The notes under the pieces were generated by a model. The model did no database searches. It was not told the origin of the DNA and saw only the letters and a list, made by a program, of their open reading frames with translations. Of a stretch of 64,000 bases of DNA, positions 49,006 through 62,200 are shown piece after piece; positions within the stretch are counted from its first letter, which is position 1, and each line of letters opens with the position of its first letter. The stretch is from Fimicolochytrium jonesii. Lineage: Eukaryota. Position numbers and translations under genes: made by a program. The stretch is from contig NW_026515679.1 of NCBI RefSeq assembly GCF_025526975.1, positions 124,001 to 188,000 on the forward strand. The letters run 5' to 3'.

Positions 49006-49817
49006 TGATGCTGCGAAGCACTTGGCTCCACCGATTGTAGTGATCCTATGCCGCAGCATGCAAGTCCATGGTGGAAGCGAAGATACGGTCCTCTGTGTGC
49101 GATGTCAATCGTTGATCAATGTCCGCGTTGTTCTCTCGAGTCCCGTCTCCAAAATTACATCCATGCAAAAAGCGAATATGTTGGGCAAAACATCCCCCTC
49201 CCCATCTTGTCATCCGAGTAAGTGTATCTAGTGTAAGTGTATAAAACAGAATTCGTGAATGAGAGCTCGCGATGGGAGTGGGATCTGATGCACAAAAACA
49301 ATGGCCCCCTACGTGAAATCCTGCGCCTTCCGCTCAGAATATCCTCCGTGACTAAGCATTGACAGCGCGTCACCTGTCAAACCGGCCTCCCGAACATTCC
49401 TGAAGTCCATTTCGGAGAGACACAGCTTTCTGCGATCCGATCCGGAAGGACAAGGAACAAGGACAACTCAACTTGCGTTAAAGTTTCCCTAAGTGTATCC
49501 CAATCGCTAAGAAAGCGCCGGCCAATCCCCAGATTCCAGCGAGATGAGCAAAAGGAATATCTGATAGCTCTCGCTTGGCAAGTCTTCCATTTGGCAACAG
49601 AGCAGGAAAGCAGCGCAAAAGGGTGTTGACTAGAGCTGGCACCTTGCCATCCCTATTCATCCGCAAGCTTTGGAGACAGCGCTGGTATTCTGCAAAGTGT
49701 CTGGCGACGTTTCTGCCGCGTTGCACCTTCCGAGCGCTTAAGTCCGCCCTTTGCAGGGAAGCGTCCACCTCATCACCCGTCGTCGCCACATAAACGCCCA
49801 ATAAAGAACAAAGAATC

Positions 49818-51424
49818 ATGCCAGCAGCAGTAGCAAGTAACATCCTGCAGGTACCTCCATACCACGGCGGAGCATCCGAGTATTCCATCCACCACAGCCA
49901 AACAATCACCAGCGGGCGGAGCACGGCGACTTCGAGCGGGACGGGACGAGGAAGTGGGAATGGGACGCGTGGGTCGTCTTCTCAGCAACAACAAAATCCC
50001 GTAGCGTCGAATCCCAATGACGAGCAGGCGCAATTTCCGAACGCGGAATATCAGACGTTGGATTCTCATAGGGCAGGGCATCATGGTTCCGGCACACATA
50101 CGGCGGGGGCGGACGACCTGAACCGGCCGGTGTCGGTGCATGCGCATTCCCGGGCGTTGGCGAAGATTGCGGCGTTGGAGAAGACGATAGAATTTCTGCA
50201 GACACAGCATGCGGGTGTGCTGGCTGGGCTGCATGGGGAGGTGGAGAGGTTGCAGAATGCGTGTTCAGGTTAGTTTAGCGTTACAGTCTCAGTGGGGGAT
50301 ATAGGATCGGTCTCGCACGAGTTTTGGAAAAAAAAACATTAGACGACTGCCTCTTGATTAAGGCCTTTTTTGTCTCCAGAGCTGGCTATGAAGTCTCTGA
50401 AACTTCCTGTGGATTCAGAAGGTGAGCAAAAGGATGGCTGACATCAAAGGCACAGAATAAGCGAGTTCCAGCATGATGACGAAACTAACTGCATCTTTGC
50501 TGTTATTTCCTGGTAGGCCGAAACACCGAAAGTGAGAAAAATTCCGGAGCACTTCCCATCCCCCCGAAACCAGCAGATGTACCCGCATCAAAGCCCCGCG
50601 AACGCAAACCCAGCCAGCGCGCCCATTCCCGCTCACAAGACGAGCATCTCCTCTCCGCCCTAAAAACCGACCTAGACGCCCTCCGCGACGCCAACTACCA
50701 AAAAGAGTCAGAAATCAACCTCCTCCACGCCGAACGAGAAATCATCCTGTCCGCGTTGGCTGCAAATGGGATCGTCATCAACATGAGCGGGAGTGCGCGG
50801 GCGCCGGGGTCGGCTACTGTGACGATAAATCATCGGGTCGTTGGGTCTGACCGCTCGGTGCCCGCTGGGTATGGAAGGAGTTTCACGTCGCCTGGAACTG
50901 CGATTCAGCCGAAACAGACGCCGGTTTTGCCGCCGATTGGGAATGGGCTGTTGTCGCATGGGGGCTCGGTTGAGAAGCTGGACTCGAATGTGGAAGGGGC
51001 GAGGCTGCATGCACCGACCCCGCCTCCTCGGGTGCAAGATAGGGAAGGGAGTGAGGAGAGATCACGGTCGAGGAGGGCACGGTATCGCGTAGCGTCGGGA
51101 TCGGAGTCCCTGCATAAAGATTCGTCCTTGGCGAAGAACAATCAAGAATCCGAGCTTGATTCCGATGACGAAGACGAATTCGACGAGAACTACGAAGACG
51201 ATTACTCTTCCAGACGAAGCAGCAACGACGTGCGGGGATCACAGGAAAGTTTTGCTTCTACGCCTGTGAGAGGGAGGCGTCGCACGCGCGGCAGTTTTCA
51301 TCATAGCAGCCGTAGTGCTAGAGCAAGCGAGATAGATGGGACCAAGCCCCTGCCTCCGCTTGGTGTACCGGGGAAGCAGAACAGAGTGAGGAGCGAGCGA
51401 CATGTGTCGGTCAAGCGTAAATGA
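49818..51424 (+). CDS. CCDC92/CCDC74 N-terminal coiled-coil domain protein (3 exons)
   Basis: KIAALEKTIEFLQTQHAGVLAGLHGEVERLQNACS|EL matches the CCDC92/74 domain pattern (LEKSIxFLQxxHxxxLxGLHxEIxxLQ); the rest is low complexity. Confidence 0.72.
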
Positions 51425-51545
51425 GTTCAAAAATATCGAATTTATGGCGAGTACGCTACATTACAGTGGAAGCCATCCCATCTGATCGATTATGTACAAG
51501 TGTTTTACGTCTACTGTTCCTCTATTGAGTCACTAAACTCCGAGT

Positions 51546-52792
51546 TCATGGAAGGGTTTCGTTCAAAACCTTCCAATAGGTTTCGTGGCGGTACTGAAAG
51601 TCAAAATGTCCTCCGTAATCCTTGACGAGCATGTCCGGGTGGATGTAGAAGTGTGGATTGGTCCATCCTCCCATGCCCTCCGCTTCCTTCTCTTTCGGTG
51701 CTTCAGCAGTCGGGGCCGCTGCTGTGACGGACGATGGGGTTCCATTGAGGGAGCGGGTGGAATTGGAAGCGGATTTAGGGCGCGCTACCTCGAGCTTCTT
51801 GAGGTTCACAAAATGGATCTTTGAACGAGTGACAGGGTCGATGAAAGGCCCGACGACCTTGAAGAATACCCATAGGTACCACGATGGATTAAACAAGAAT
51901 CCCATGCCCAATCGCTAGAAAGTGGGTCATGCGTCAGTATGCACTATGTGCAAGGAGAAATGCCTGAATGATCTCATACCTCGGGGTAATGTTCACCCAG
52001 GATCTGCAGCACCTTCTTTGCCTGGGATGCTGGTGGTGCTGTGAATACTGAGATGCCCTCGTAGTCAATCAGGATGTTCAGCGACTCGACGCCGGCCGGC
52101 ATTGCTCTGTTAAGACGTCAGTAAACCAACTGAGGCGGAAACTTGAATGTGCTTTCGCCGTCTTACTTGATGGCCTTCTCCAGGTTGAAGACAACGTATT
52201 TCAATTGCCTCTCATATGTTTTAGTATGCTCTTTCCTCGGAATGAGGTAAACTGGGTCATTTCGGTAATCTGTCGGTTAGGCACATGAGCTTCTGTCACA
52301 AGTGTGCAGCGGTAACTCACGTAATGGCCGGCCTTGGAGATCAAAACCGCAGACATATTCCTTCCCATGAATGGCCTCCGGCTCTACTTCGGCCGGATCG
52401 ATCTTATGGGGCTGGTATTCTCGCCGCCAAGTGAGGGTCTTTTCGATTCTTTTGACTAACGGAAGGGACAATCGATCAGATGGGGTAGGTGCCATCGAAA
52501 GGGTGATTCACAAGCTGTAATACACACCTGTAGCGTCGGTGTGCCATTTTGTTGCCCTCAGGTAACGCAGTACGCAGGCATCGTCGCACCACTGTTCCTC
52601 CTCTGCCCTGATCTCTGGTGTTTTGCTCAGGATATCAGGGATGGCCTTCTTTACTGCCTCCAGTTGTGAAAGCTGCTCCTCCGTGTACCCCACTCTTGGC
52701 CAGTTCTCCGACACCTTTGGAGCTGCGTGCTCTGTTCCCTCAAACTTGAGGATAGGGATATCCGTCTTCCCTGCGATCGCCGTGGCCGCCAT
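51546..52792 (-). CDS. CRAL-TRIO (Sec14-family, Pdr16/17-like) lipid transfer protein
   Basis: DDACVLRYLRATKW, TLTWRREY, GKEYVCGFDLQGRP, HYPE|RLGMGFLFNPSW, PFIDPVTRSKIHF and KDYGG. Confidence 0.92.
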
Positions 52793-53200
52793 TATGGTAG
52801 TGGGAAGGTAACGAAGGGACGATGTTTACTTGTGTAACAAAGGCCTCAACTTCTGCATATGAGTTGACTGCCCGTTGACCCACTGGATAGTTGAGCGCAA
52901 AAGGAAAGCCGATGCTTCAAGCCGTGTTCAGGTCCTCTTTCCTGAAGGAAGTTCTCACTCCGCCCCCAACCTGCGTCTCCTGCGTCGTGCACGACTCGCC
53001 AGTTGGGTCTCTCTCTGGGTCTCTCTGACGCGTCCCCGTTCCGAGTTCAAACCCTGGTTCAAACCGGGAATCGGGTGGGCCGTGCTGCCAGAAAACGCGT
53101 CCCCCAACGCCAACGCGTGAGCCTCGGTTTTCCCCACATCTCAAATCCCACTTTCGTCGTCCGGCGGCCTCAACCCCAGTCGAGTCCCCATTGATCAATT

Positions 53201-56200
53201 ATGAAGGTATGGCTCGCAATTTCAATGTTTGCTGATCCCTCATTTACTTACCTTGTTCCGTTCCCGTGGTTTTCAGTTGGCCTTTTCTTTATCAGCGCAA
53301 CAGCTGGGACATGGGTCCCTTCATCTGGAATGGCAGAAAAAGTCCTCCATGTTCTTGGCGGCCGTTGGGTAGGGCCACATTCTACGTTTCCATCACCCAT
53401 ATCGAACGTATGAACCTGATATTATCACAACAGGGGATCGCATGTAGTGTACATCTTCGACCGAAGCGCACAGGTTGTGGATACCTTTCCGTTGGCTGGG
53501 TAGGTCACTTCGCGAAGAATACACCTACTCCACTACGCCATATCTGAGACCCTCTTCTTCTCGCGGAAAGAGAATGCCGTGGAATGGAATGGTCTCCCGA
53601 CGGCAGCGTCCTGGCCGTCATACAAGCAAAGTCTTCATATATCTTCCTGTGGGATGCCGATTCTCGCAAGGCATCAGCTAATCCTTTCGACACCGGAATG
53701 AAGCATCTACATTTCCTCAAGTGGTCGCCTAAAGGGGACTACGTAAGTGAAGGTTTCCGTCTGAAGTCGGTTGGAACCGGATCTCTAACCATATTTTATC
53801 GTCCCAGCTTGCGGCAGGTACCGCGAAAGGAAATCTGTTCATCTGCGACAAGACGGGGTCCGAGAAGGTCCCAATTCTCGGCAAACACAACAGGTCAATA
53901 TGTGCTGGCTGCTGGAGCTGGGACAACATTCTAGCCTGTGGGTCAGAAGACAATACGGTGGGATGATGAGATGTGGGTCCCGCATGACGCAGGCCAGCGT
54001 ACTCAACCTTGTGCCGTCTTAGTTCTCTTTGTCGAACTCAGCTGGGGACACGGTGTTTTCGATGGGGATATCCGGCGAGCCGTCCTTGATGGAAGTGAGC
54101 GATCGTTCGTCATTATTCTTTACCTCATGGAACATCACTGAACCGCAGTCACTTAGTGGGCGAACATGAAAAATGCAAATGGCACCGATGACCCGGTGCT
54201 GTCGATGATTGTGGGTCATAAATCCCTCCTCGTACACAACATCAACCAACCCGACAAACCGGTAGAACTCGCCTTCCAAGCAAAATATGGTCGGGTCGCA
54301 TCATATCAATGGTTCGCCGATGGATTTGTTCTGGTCGGATTTGAGACAGGCTATCTGATCGTCATTTCCACGAGTAAGACACGAACCATCTTATGCACAC
54401 TCGCCGGCTTTGTGGGACTCAAGATGCGCCCTCTTCCAGGTCCAGCAAATCTGGGGCACGAGATTTTCGCCACTAAGAATCATAAGACCGCGTTGAGCAG
54501 TGTAGCAGTGTCGCTGGTGCTAGGAAAGGCAGCGTCTTGTGGTGACAACACCGTGAAAGTCCACGAGCTGGCTGATCTGCGGGTTAGCCTCTGGTCGGGT
54601 GCAGGAGACATGTGCTTCTGAATGTTCTGGATCTGACGTTCTGGCGCATAGGATGTATATGCCGTCGAAAACATTGATGATGTCAGCCCGTTGGATAAGG
54701 TGCAATGGTCTGAGGATGGCCAGTTTCTCAGCACGAGCACGAAAGAGTATGTAATTTGCTGAGATCGGGGAGAATAGTCAACGTTCTCTAAACAAACCTT
54801 CTTCCGTTCTCGAAGCGGGTCGATATATACCTACGTCGCGCAGATGCCTATGCTTGGAAGTGCTTCCGGAACAGCTGTGGTAGGTTCTATTCGGGTAAAT
54901 CAGGCCCGACCCCGTTACTGATCCAAGCTCTACAGGCATATTTGTCCGGCCTGCGTGAAATCAGCGTATTGGACCTCACTGCAACGCTCCCACCATTTCG
55001 GAAAGAACTGGAGATGGAGCCGACACACATTGCCCTTGGAGGTTCTTATGTAAGTCGCCAACGATGAGGAGATTCAATCTGGGATCAGTGTTTCATCATT
55101 GGGTATCCCAGCTAGGTGTCGTCTCCAGAAATAGCGCCGGATTTTTCAGATTTGTGGATACTCCAACAGACGCAGCCACCAATGGCCCCACACTTGCCGA
55201 CTCTCTGGTCATGCTAAAGGTTGACGGGCCTTCCTCATCTCATTCACCGAGAAAATGCCGTATTAACATGCGGTTTCTACCAAAGGACTATGAGCAACCC
55301 GTAAAGCGAATATGTATGAACGGCCACTACGCTGCCGTCCTACTCGAAGACGGCCAGCTGTACGTCCACTCCATCCAAGACGACACCCGCTCCGACAAAC
55401 GCCCGCCCCAGAGTCCCCTCCACGACATCACGAGTTTCACCCGCGGTGTCGCCCCGCCACCCGGCGAGATCTCCGAACGGTTCTATCCGGATAGTGATAG
55501 CGACAAGTCGAAATCGGGAAAATCGGCCATCACGTGTGTGGCGCTGACTCCGGAGTGCTTGGTGTTTGGAACGGCTACGAAGAGTGTGAAGCATTATTTG
55601 TTGGATAGTTGGACATTGGCGTCGGAGTTTACGCATATGGTGGGTGATGCAGTTGCTCACTAAGAGTTGGGGGCGATACTGAGTTCCCTTTTAGCAAGCA
55701 ATACGAGCAGTCTACCCACAACCTCGGGGAGGGACCAAGCTCGTATTCGTTGATAAGGCGAAAGATGGGTTCTTGGCGGACCCTGCATCCAACAACGTGA
55801 TGCCAATACCAAGGTGGTCAGGTAAGAGCAAATCTCATGTCTTCCCAACTGCTATCGGAATGCTAAACATTTGTTGATACCAACAGCAAATGCTAAAGGG
55901 GTTGTCTGGGATTCGGAGCCACCCGCAGGAAGGGCGATCTTCGTGGCATGGGATGACACCACCATCAACACCTACGTGTACCAGGCCTCCACCGTGAAGG
56001 GGCCGACGTGCACGAGCTTGGGCAGTACCCGGCTGCCTGCCGGCCAAAAGCCCGTTCTGTTGTTCAACGGCACCGTCACCTGCCAGGTACACGTTGATAT
56101 CATGGCATTCCAGGAAGTCACTCGATACTGATCCTTCCATTTTTTGACATAGACGCTGACGGGTCGAGTCGCCACGGTCAATTTGGCTACCCATGCTTCA

Positions 56201-59044
56201 TTAGAGCCGTCGGACGTGATGAAAGCGGATGAACCAGAGCAAGGAAAGATCCTGCAGCTATTCTATATGCTCGGCATGCTCAAAAGTAAGACAGTTCAAT
56301 GCGAGGGACATCATCCCTCCTGACCTGACCAAATTTACCCCTTCCCGTATGCGCAGACCTATGGGCCCTCATCGGGCTAATCAAAGCCCGCAGGCCGTGG
56401 ATCACACTAGCGGAAACCGCGCTGCGGATGATGGACATCGCCACGGCAAATCGCATATACAGACAAGCACTTCAGGATGCCAGCATGGTTTGGACCCTGG
56501 ACCAGCTGGCGAGCGTTGAAGAGAAGAATCTTTTGGCTGGACATGTTTCTGCTATACTTGGGGATGCGACAGTCGCTCAGGTACATGCAATATTGGTCTG
56601 GTTTTGACGCAACGCACGGCTCGTGTCTGATCATCATCTTTGTGATGCAGGACTTTTTCCTCAAGAGCTCGTACCCCAAAGCCGCGCTTGATCTACGCCG
56701 TAATCTGATGCATTGGGAGCAGGCATTGGGGCTTGCAAACACACTTGCTCCGGAGCAGATTACCGTCATCGCAAAGGAGTATGCCAAACAGCTCGAGATG
56801 AACGGCCAGTATGCAGAAGCGCTAGCGATGTATGAGCGCGCCCTCTCCACATCCGAACACCACCCAGGCAAAGAACAAGCAAGGGACGAGCACCAGATCT
56901 TCTGCAGCGGCGGTTTGGCAAAGATGACGCTCCGGATGGGCGATGTATCGCGAGGAATGAAGATGTTGTCCGACACAACGGATAAACAGCTCCTCTTCGA
57001 TTGTGGCATGATCTTGGATTCGCTCAGGCAGTATAACGAGGCGGGATTGTGCTTTGAGAAGGGGGGGTATTGGGAGAAGGCTGCCGAAGTTTGGATCAAA
57101 GGTACCTTTTTGTGCATCTCCGCGATATATCTGCTTAATTTGCTAATGCGTTCTGGCTTAAGCAAAAACTTGGTCAAAGCTCGGAAACATCCTGGACCGG
57201 GTCAGCAGCCGCCAGATCTTCGTGCAATATGCCAGAGCTCGGGAAGATGTGCGAGACTATACCGAAGCGGCGAGAGCGTACGAGAAGGCAAAGGACTACG
57301 ACAATGTGGTCAGACTCTTCATCGACCACTTACAGAACGTCGAAGGAGCCGTTGCGATTGTTCGGAGGACACGATCGAGAGAGTCTGCAAGGCTTGTGGC
57401 AAAAGTATTCCAGTCCATGCGGGACTACCGAGCAGTGGTCGAGTTCTATTTGATGGCTGGGATGCGACAGGAGGCATTCGAGCTCGCTCAGCAAAAGGAT
57501 GTGATGGAGCACTTTGCGGAGATGGTGAAGGAAGATGCTTCGTCGGAAGAACTGGCAAACATTGCGACCTTCCTGGAGAACAAAGGAAACTTTTTGCTTG
57601 CTGGGAAGTATCTGCTGCAGGCGGCAGAGTACCCTCGCGCATTGAGGATGTTCCTACAGAGTGCGCCGGAGGGCATCGAGCTCGCCATCGAAACAGTAGG
57701 GGTGGCCAAGAGCGATACTCTGACGCATCAGCTCATCGATTTCCTTATGGGCGAAACGGACGGCGTGCCGAAGGTAAGTGAAGGGACTCCCTAGCAATGT
57801 GTGATGAGATCGTCGAAACTAACCCTCACGTTGGATCGCACAGGACGCGAAGTACATCTTCAAATTGTACATGTCGTTAGGACAATATCGGGAAGCTGCC
57901 AGGACTGCTATCATTATTGCACGGGAAGAGCAAGCATTAGGTATGTACTGCCACATGGAGCATTCTCGGGCAAAAGTGCTGACGTTTCCCCACAGGGAAC
58001 TATCGCGCCGCGCACGACTTGCTCTTTGACAATTACAAGCAGCTACGCGCGACGAGAAACCATGTCCCGGCAGAGATTGAACGCATGCTGATGCTGGTAC
58101 ATAGCTACATGCTCGTCAAGGTCAGTAAAAATGAACATTTGTTTCTATTATGCACCTTAAATGATATCGAACTTGGTGGACGCAGGCTCTCATCAAACAC
58201 AATGACCATGAAAAAGGCGCACGGATGCTCATCCGCGTGGCAAATAACATCAGTAAGTTCCCGGCCCACGTCGTGCCAATCCTCACCTCGACGGTAGTGG
58301 AATGCTACCGAGTAGGGTTCAAGCGAGCCGCGTTCGAATACGGTGCGATCCTGATGCGGCCAGAAAACCGCAATAAGGTGGATGCAAAGTACAAGGCACG
58401 GATTGAGAAGATTGTCAGGTAAGCAAGCACTAATTCGCCTCCGCTCCACGCCCGTACCTGATTGACGACCGATTGCGCTCCCAGACGGCCGGAGAAGGAC
58501 GAAACTGAGGAGCCGATGTCTCCATGTCCTTTCTGCAATGCACCCGTCGCAAACACAACATTGGATTGTACGGAGTGCAAAAACCACATTCCATATTGCA
58601 TCGCGACGGTAAGTACCCCTCACCCGATAGATGTGCCAACCATCCGAATCACGCTCAACATGTTCTATTGACAATCAGGGTCAGCACATGGTCCTATCCA
58701 ACTGGACCGTCTGTCCTTCGTGCGCCTTTCCCGCTTTGTACACTGAGTTTCGAGATTTCCTCGACAAAACGCCATCATGTGTGATGTGCTCGGCTACATT
58801 GAACGCATCGCAATTGAGACAACTGTCAGAAGCCGAAGCTTCTTCTATACTTCACGGCAAAAAGCAGGAGACGGATGAGACAGATGGCAAAGAAACGGCT
58901 GTCAAAGAAACAGAGTCGGAGAACGGGCACTTGAACAAGTCTAGATCCTCTTTGCGGCGAAGCAAAGAAAGTGTGCGCATTGTAAAAGGTGGTTCTACGG
59001 GAAATGTGGCGGCGGATACGGGCGAGAGGGTTGAGGGGATGTGA
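53201..59044 (+). CDS. WDR19: Intraflagellar transport protein IFT144/WDR19 (many introns)
   Basis: MK|LAFSL...[16 protein letters not shown]...[18 protein letters not shown]-terminal [39 protein letters not shown] and zinc-ribbon CPFC...C..C...IPYCIAT. Confidence 0.93.
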
Positions 59045-59258
59045 AAACAATCACATATGTGCTGTGTCCTACGGGCGTCCTATTCACACAGTTTTTGCAA
59101 GTATCTTCCTAGAGTTCGCTAAGGTCGCTACTATTACGAAAGGCAAAAAGTATAAACAGAAATAAAGCCAAAATTGTATGCGAAGTAGGTCTCAAAAGAA
59201 CCGTCAGGGTTTTAAAGCGTTCGCTTTCGAAGGCATGTCGTGACATGACTTCTGGCGC

Positions 59259-62200
59259 TTACTTCCGACTCTGGATCAGCTGTTCGATTTTCGCCAAAAG
59301 ATCCTTTTTGATGTAGGGCTTGACAACGAAGTCGTCCATGCCGACTGCGAGGGCTTTTTGCTGGTATTCGGTGCGCGCATTCCCGCTGATAGCGACTATC
59401 GGAACGCGTGATGGGGTATGATCCAATGACGACACAGACTGAGAGCTTTCACTCTTTCTTATAGCCGTTGTCTATAAGAAGTAACATTTTAGTAAGCTAC
59501 CAGGAAGTGTGTTTGTGTGTAATTAACCTACCGCCTGCAGGCCGTCCATGATAGGCATCTCAATGTCCTGTGTACAGCGACTGATAAGTAGGAGGGACTT
59601 TGTTGTTGTGCGAAAAAATGTCACCCACCATTAAGATGATGTCGAAAGGGGAGGATATGTGTTGACCAAACAATTCCAGGGCCTCTGCGCCATGGTTGGC
59701 AATCTGTACAGCATACCCAGCGGTTTCCAGTTGTTTTTTCAAAACTTTTTGATTTACCTGGTAAAACAAATCTGGATGAGAAACCCGTTGATTGGGAAAG
59801 AAAATCCAAACCGCTCATGAGGGATGAACTTACAACGTTGTCTTCGACCACCATAACCGATCCTGAGTTTCCCTTCACCAGAGGCGCTTTTGGCGGAGGG
59901 AAGACGTTGCCCTTGGACGGCGTTGCCGAAGGTGAGCTAATAGCGGACGACGATTTTGCCCTTGCTAAGGTGATCTGGGGCGGCGTTATTGGTCCCTCGG
60001 CTGCTGCCCGTAACTCGGCTTTGATGTAGAACTTGAACGTCGTTCCGACGTCCTTGGCGCTGTCAACCTGTATATGTCCCCCTTGGAGCTCGACAAGTTT
60101 CTTGGATATAAACAAGCCGAGCCCAGTTCCCCCGTACTCTCCGTACGTCTTCAATGATGGGAGAGAGAAGCGGCCGAACAGCAGTGTCTGTTCCTCAGCA
60201 GTCATCCCCAACCCCGAATCGCAGACATCGACGCATATGTATACTGTCGGCTTCGGTGGTCGACCATGTAGCGCATTTCGAACGTCCTTCTCCAGCCTAC
60301 CGACAATGGTACTCGAATCCAACTCGTCGGAACTCACGGTCTTCTTCATAGGACTTTCGGCCTCCTTCTCGACCAGAAACGGAGGGGCCGATGAGGCATC
60401 AAGTCGCAGAGTAATCCTTCGCTCGTTCGCCCGTTGGGTGAATCGTATGGCATTCGAAATGAGGTTTATCAGGATTTGCATCAAACGCTTCGGATCCCCT
60501 CGGACCCAGTCGACGCCAAGCCTTGTGTATTCGGGTTTGACGACAAGAGCCAAGTCGATCTCTTTCAGCCTAGCTTCCGTCTCGTACATCCGAATGGCTT
60601 TCTGAATCTCAACATGTGGCTGATAATCGACGGCTGACAATTGCACAAGATTCATCGAAATTTTGGAGACTTGCAAGACATCATCGGCGATGTTATTTTG
60701 ATGTCGGGCGCACTGTAAAATCGTCTCCACGGCTTCTAATCCTTCTGCAACCTCTGTCCTTATGTCTCCGAGACTCAGCGGTGTGGTCCCCGGGCTCGTC
60801 CAAGCTTTCTGCAAGACAGAGGCATGACCATCTACTTTCTGTAACAACTCCGACAGTAAATCGGCGTTGTGATATATCCCGTTGAGGGGGTTCCTCAGTT
60901 CATGGCACGTCATATCGATGAAAAGCTCCTGGTGCCGCTTCATCCTCTCGGCCTCCTCCGCCCGTCGCCTTTGATAAGTCTCCGCAATTTCCAGCGCTGC
61001 AAGTCGTTCCTTTTCTAGGCGTTTTCGCTCCGTGAGGTCCGTGAACGATCCAATCATTCCGACGCTGTTTCCGTGGTCGTCATACTCCAAGTTTGTTTCT
61101 GCTAAAACGCAGGTTTCTTTGTTGAGCGTTGCGTTGTAAAAGCGCACTTCAAACGTATGCCGGGGTAAAGTGAGTGCACTTTGCCATTCATTCGTAGCAA
61201 TTTCTCGATCGTCGGGGTGAATCGAGTCCAAAAACTTGCGCCCACTGGGATCAGAGACGCGGTCGTGCATGGTGATGTGCCACCACATCTCATTTGTATA
61301 GATCAAATGCCCAACATTGGTGGTCTTGAAAATGCCGACGGGGTTGAGCCGAGATATAGTCTTGTACCTCCATTCGCTCTCCGCCAGTTCCTTCGTCCGC
61401 TCCTGTACGCGCTTCTCGAGCTCCATCCGTAGACGAGATACTTCCAGATGCGCATGTACTCTGGCTCTCAGTTCCTTGGCAGAGAATGGCTTCACCTACG
61501 ACAACAGGAAGTTAGGAATTACCTCAAAAATATTGGACATTCGGAACCTTACCAGGTAATCATCCGCTCCGAGCTCCAAGCCATCGACGCGCGCTTCTTC
61601 CCCCGCTCTTGCGGATAACAGAATGATCGGGATTCGCTTGAATTCTGGGTTTGACTTGAGCAACTTCACAAGTGCAATGCCATCCAAGCGAGGCATCATC
61701 ACGTCGGATACGATGATATCCGGCGGATCAGCTCTGATGGATTCAAGAGCTTCCATTCCGTCCGCGACCTCCGTAACAGTCCAAATGTTCTTCAATATCG
61801 AGCGGACGTACCATCGCATGTCTGCGTTGTCATCAGCGAGAAGCACACGGCACCCGCGCGTCATGACGGGGAGCGCTCCGCTTCCGGAACTTACTGAAAG
61901 CGAGGAGTCTGAAAGCGACGAGTCCATGGTCTCCTCATCTCGATCTGGTATCCAAAGATTTGCGTCGTCCACCACAGCTTGACCATAACGTAATGGAGTC
62001 AAAGTGGAATCCGGGTTCACCGGTTCTTCAAAGATCATTTCAGGCGGTAAATGGGCATTGCCTACCGGAATCTTTGCGAAGAACGTGCTGCCTTTCCCCA
62101 CCGTGCTCTCCACCCATAATGCGCCACCATGGAGTTTAATGAGCTCCTGAGTCAATGCCAGCCCAATCCCCGTGCCTTCATGAGATCTGCCTCCTCTCCC

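Noticed and set aside
52793..53200. RFX X-box sought upstream of IFT144 (and of the CCDC92-like gene)
   Set aside because: No convincing GTNRCC-N0-3-RGYAAC match; only a short GTTCAAACC direct repeat.
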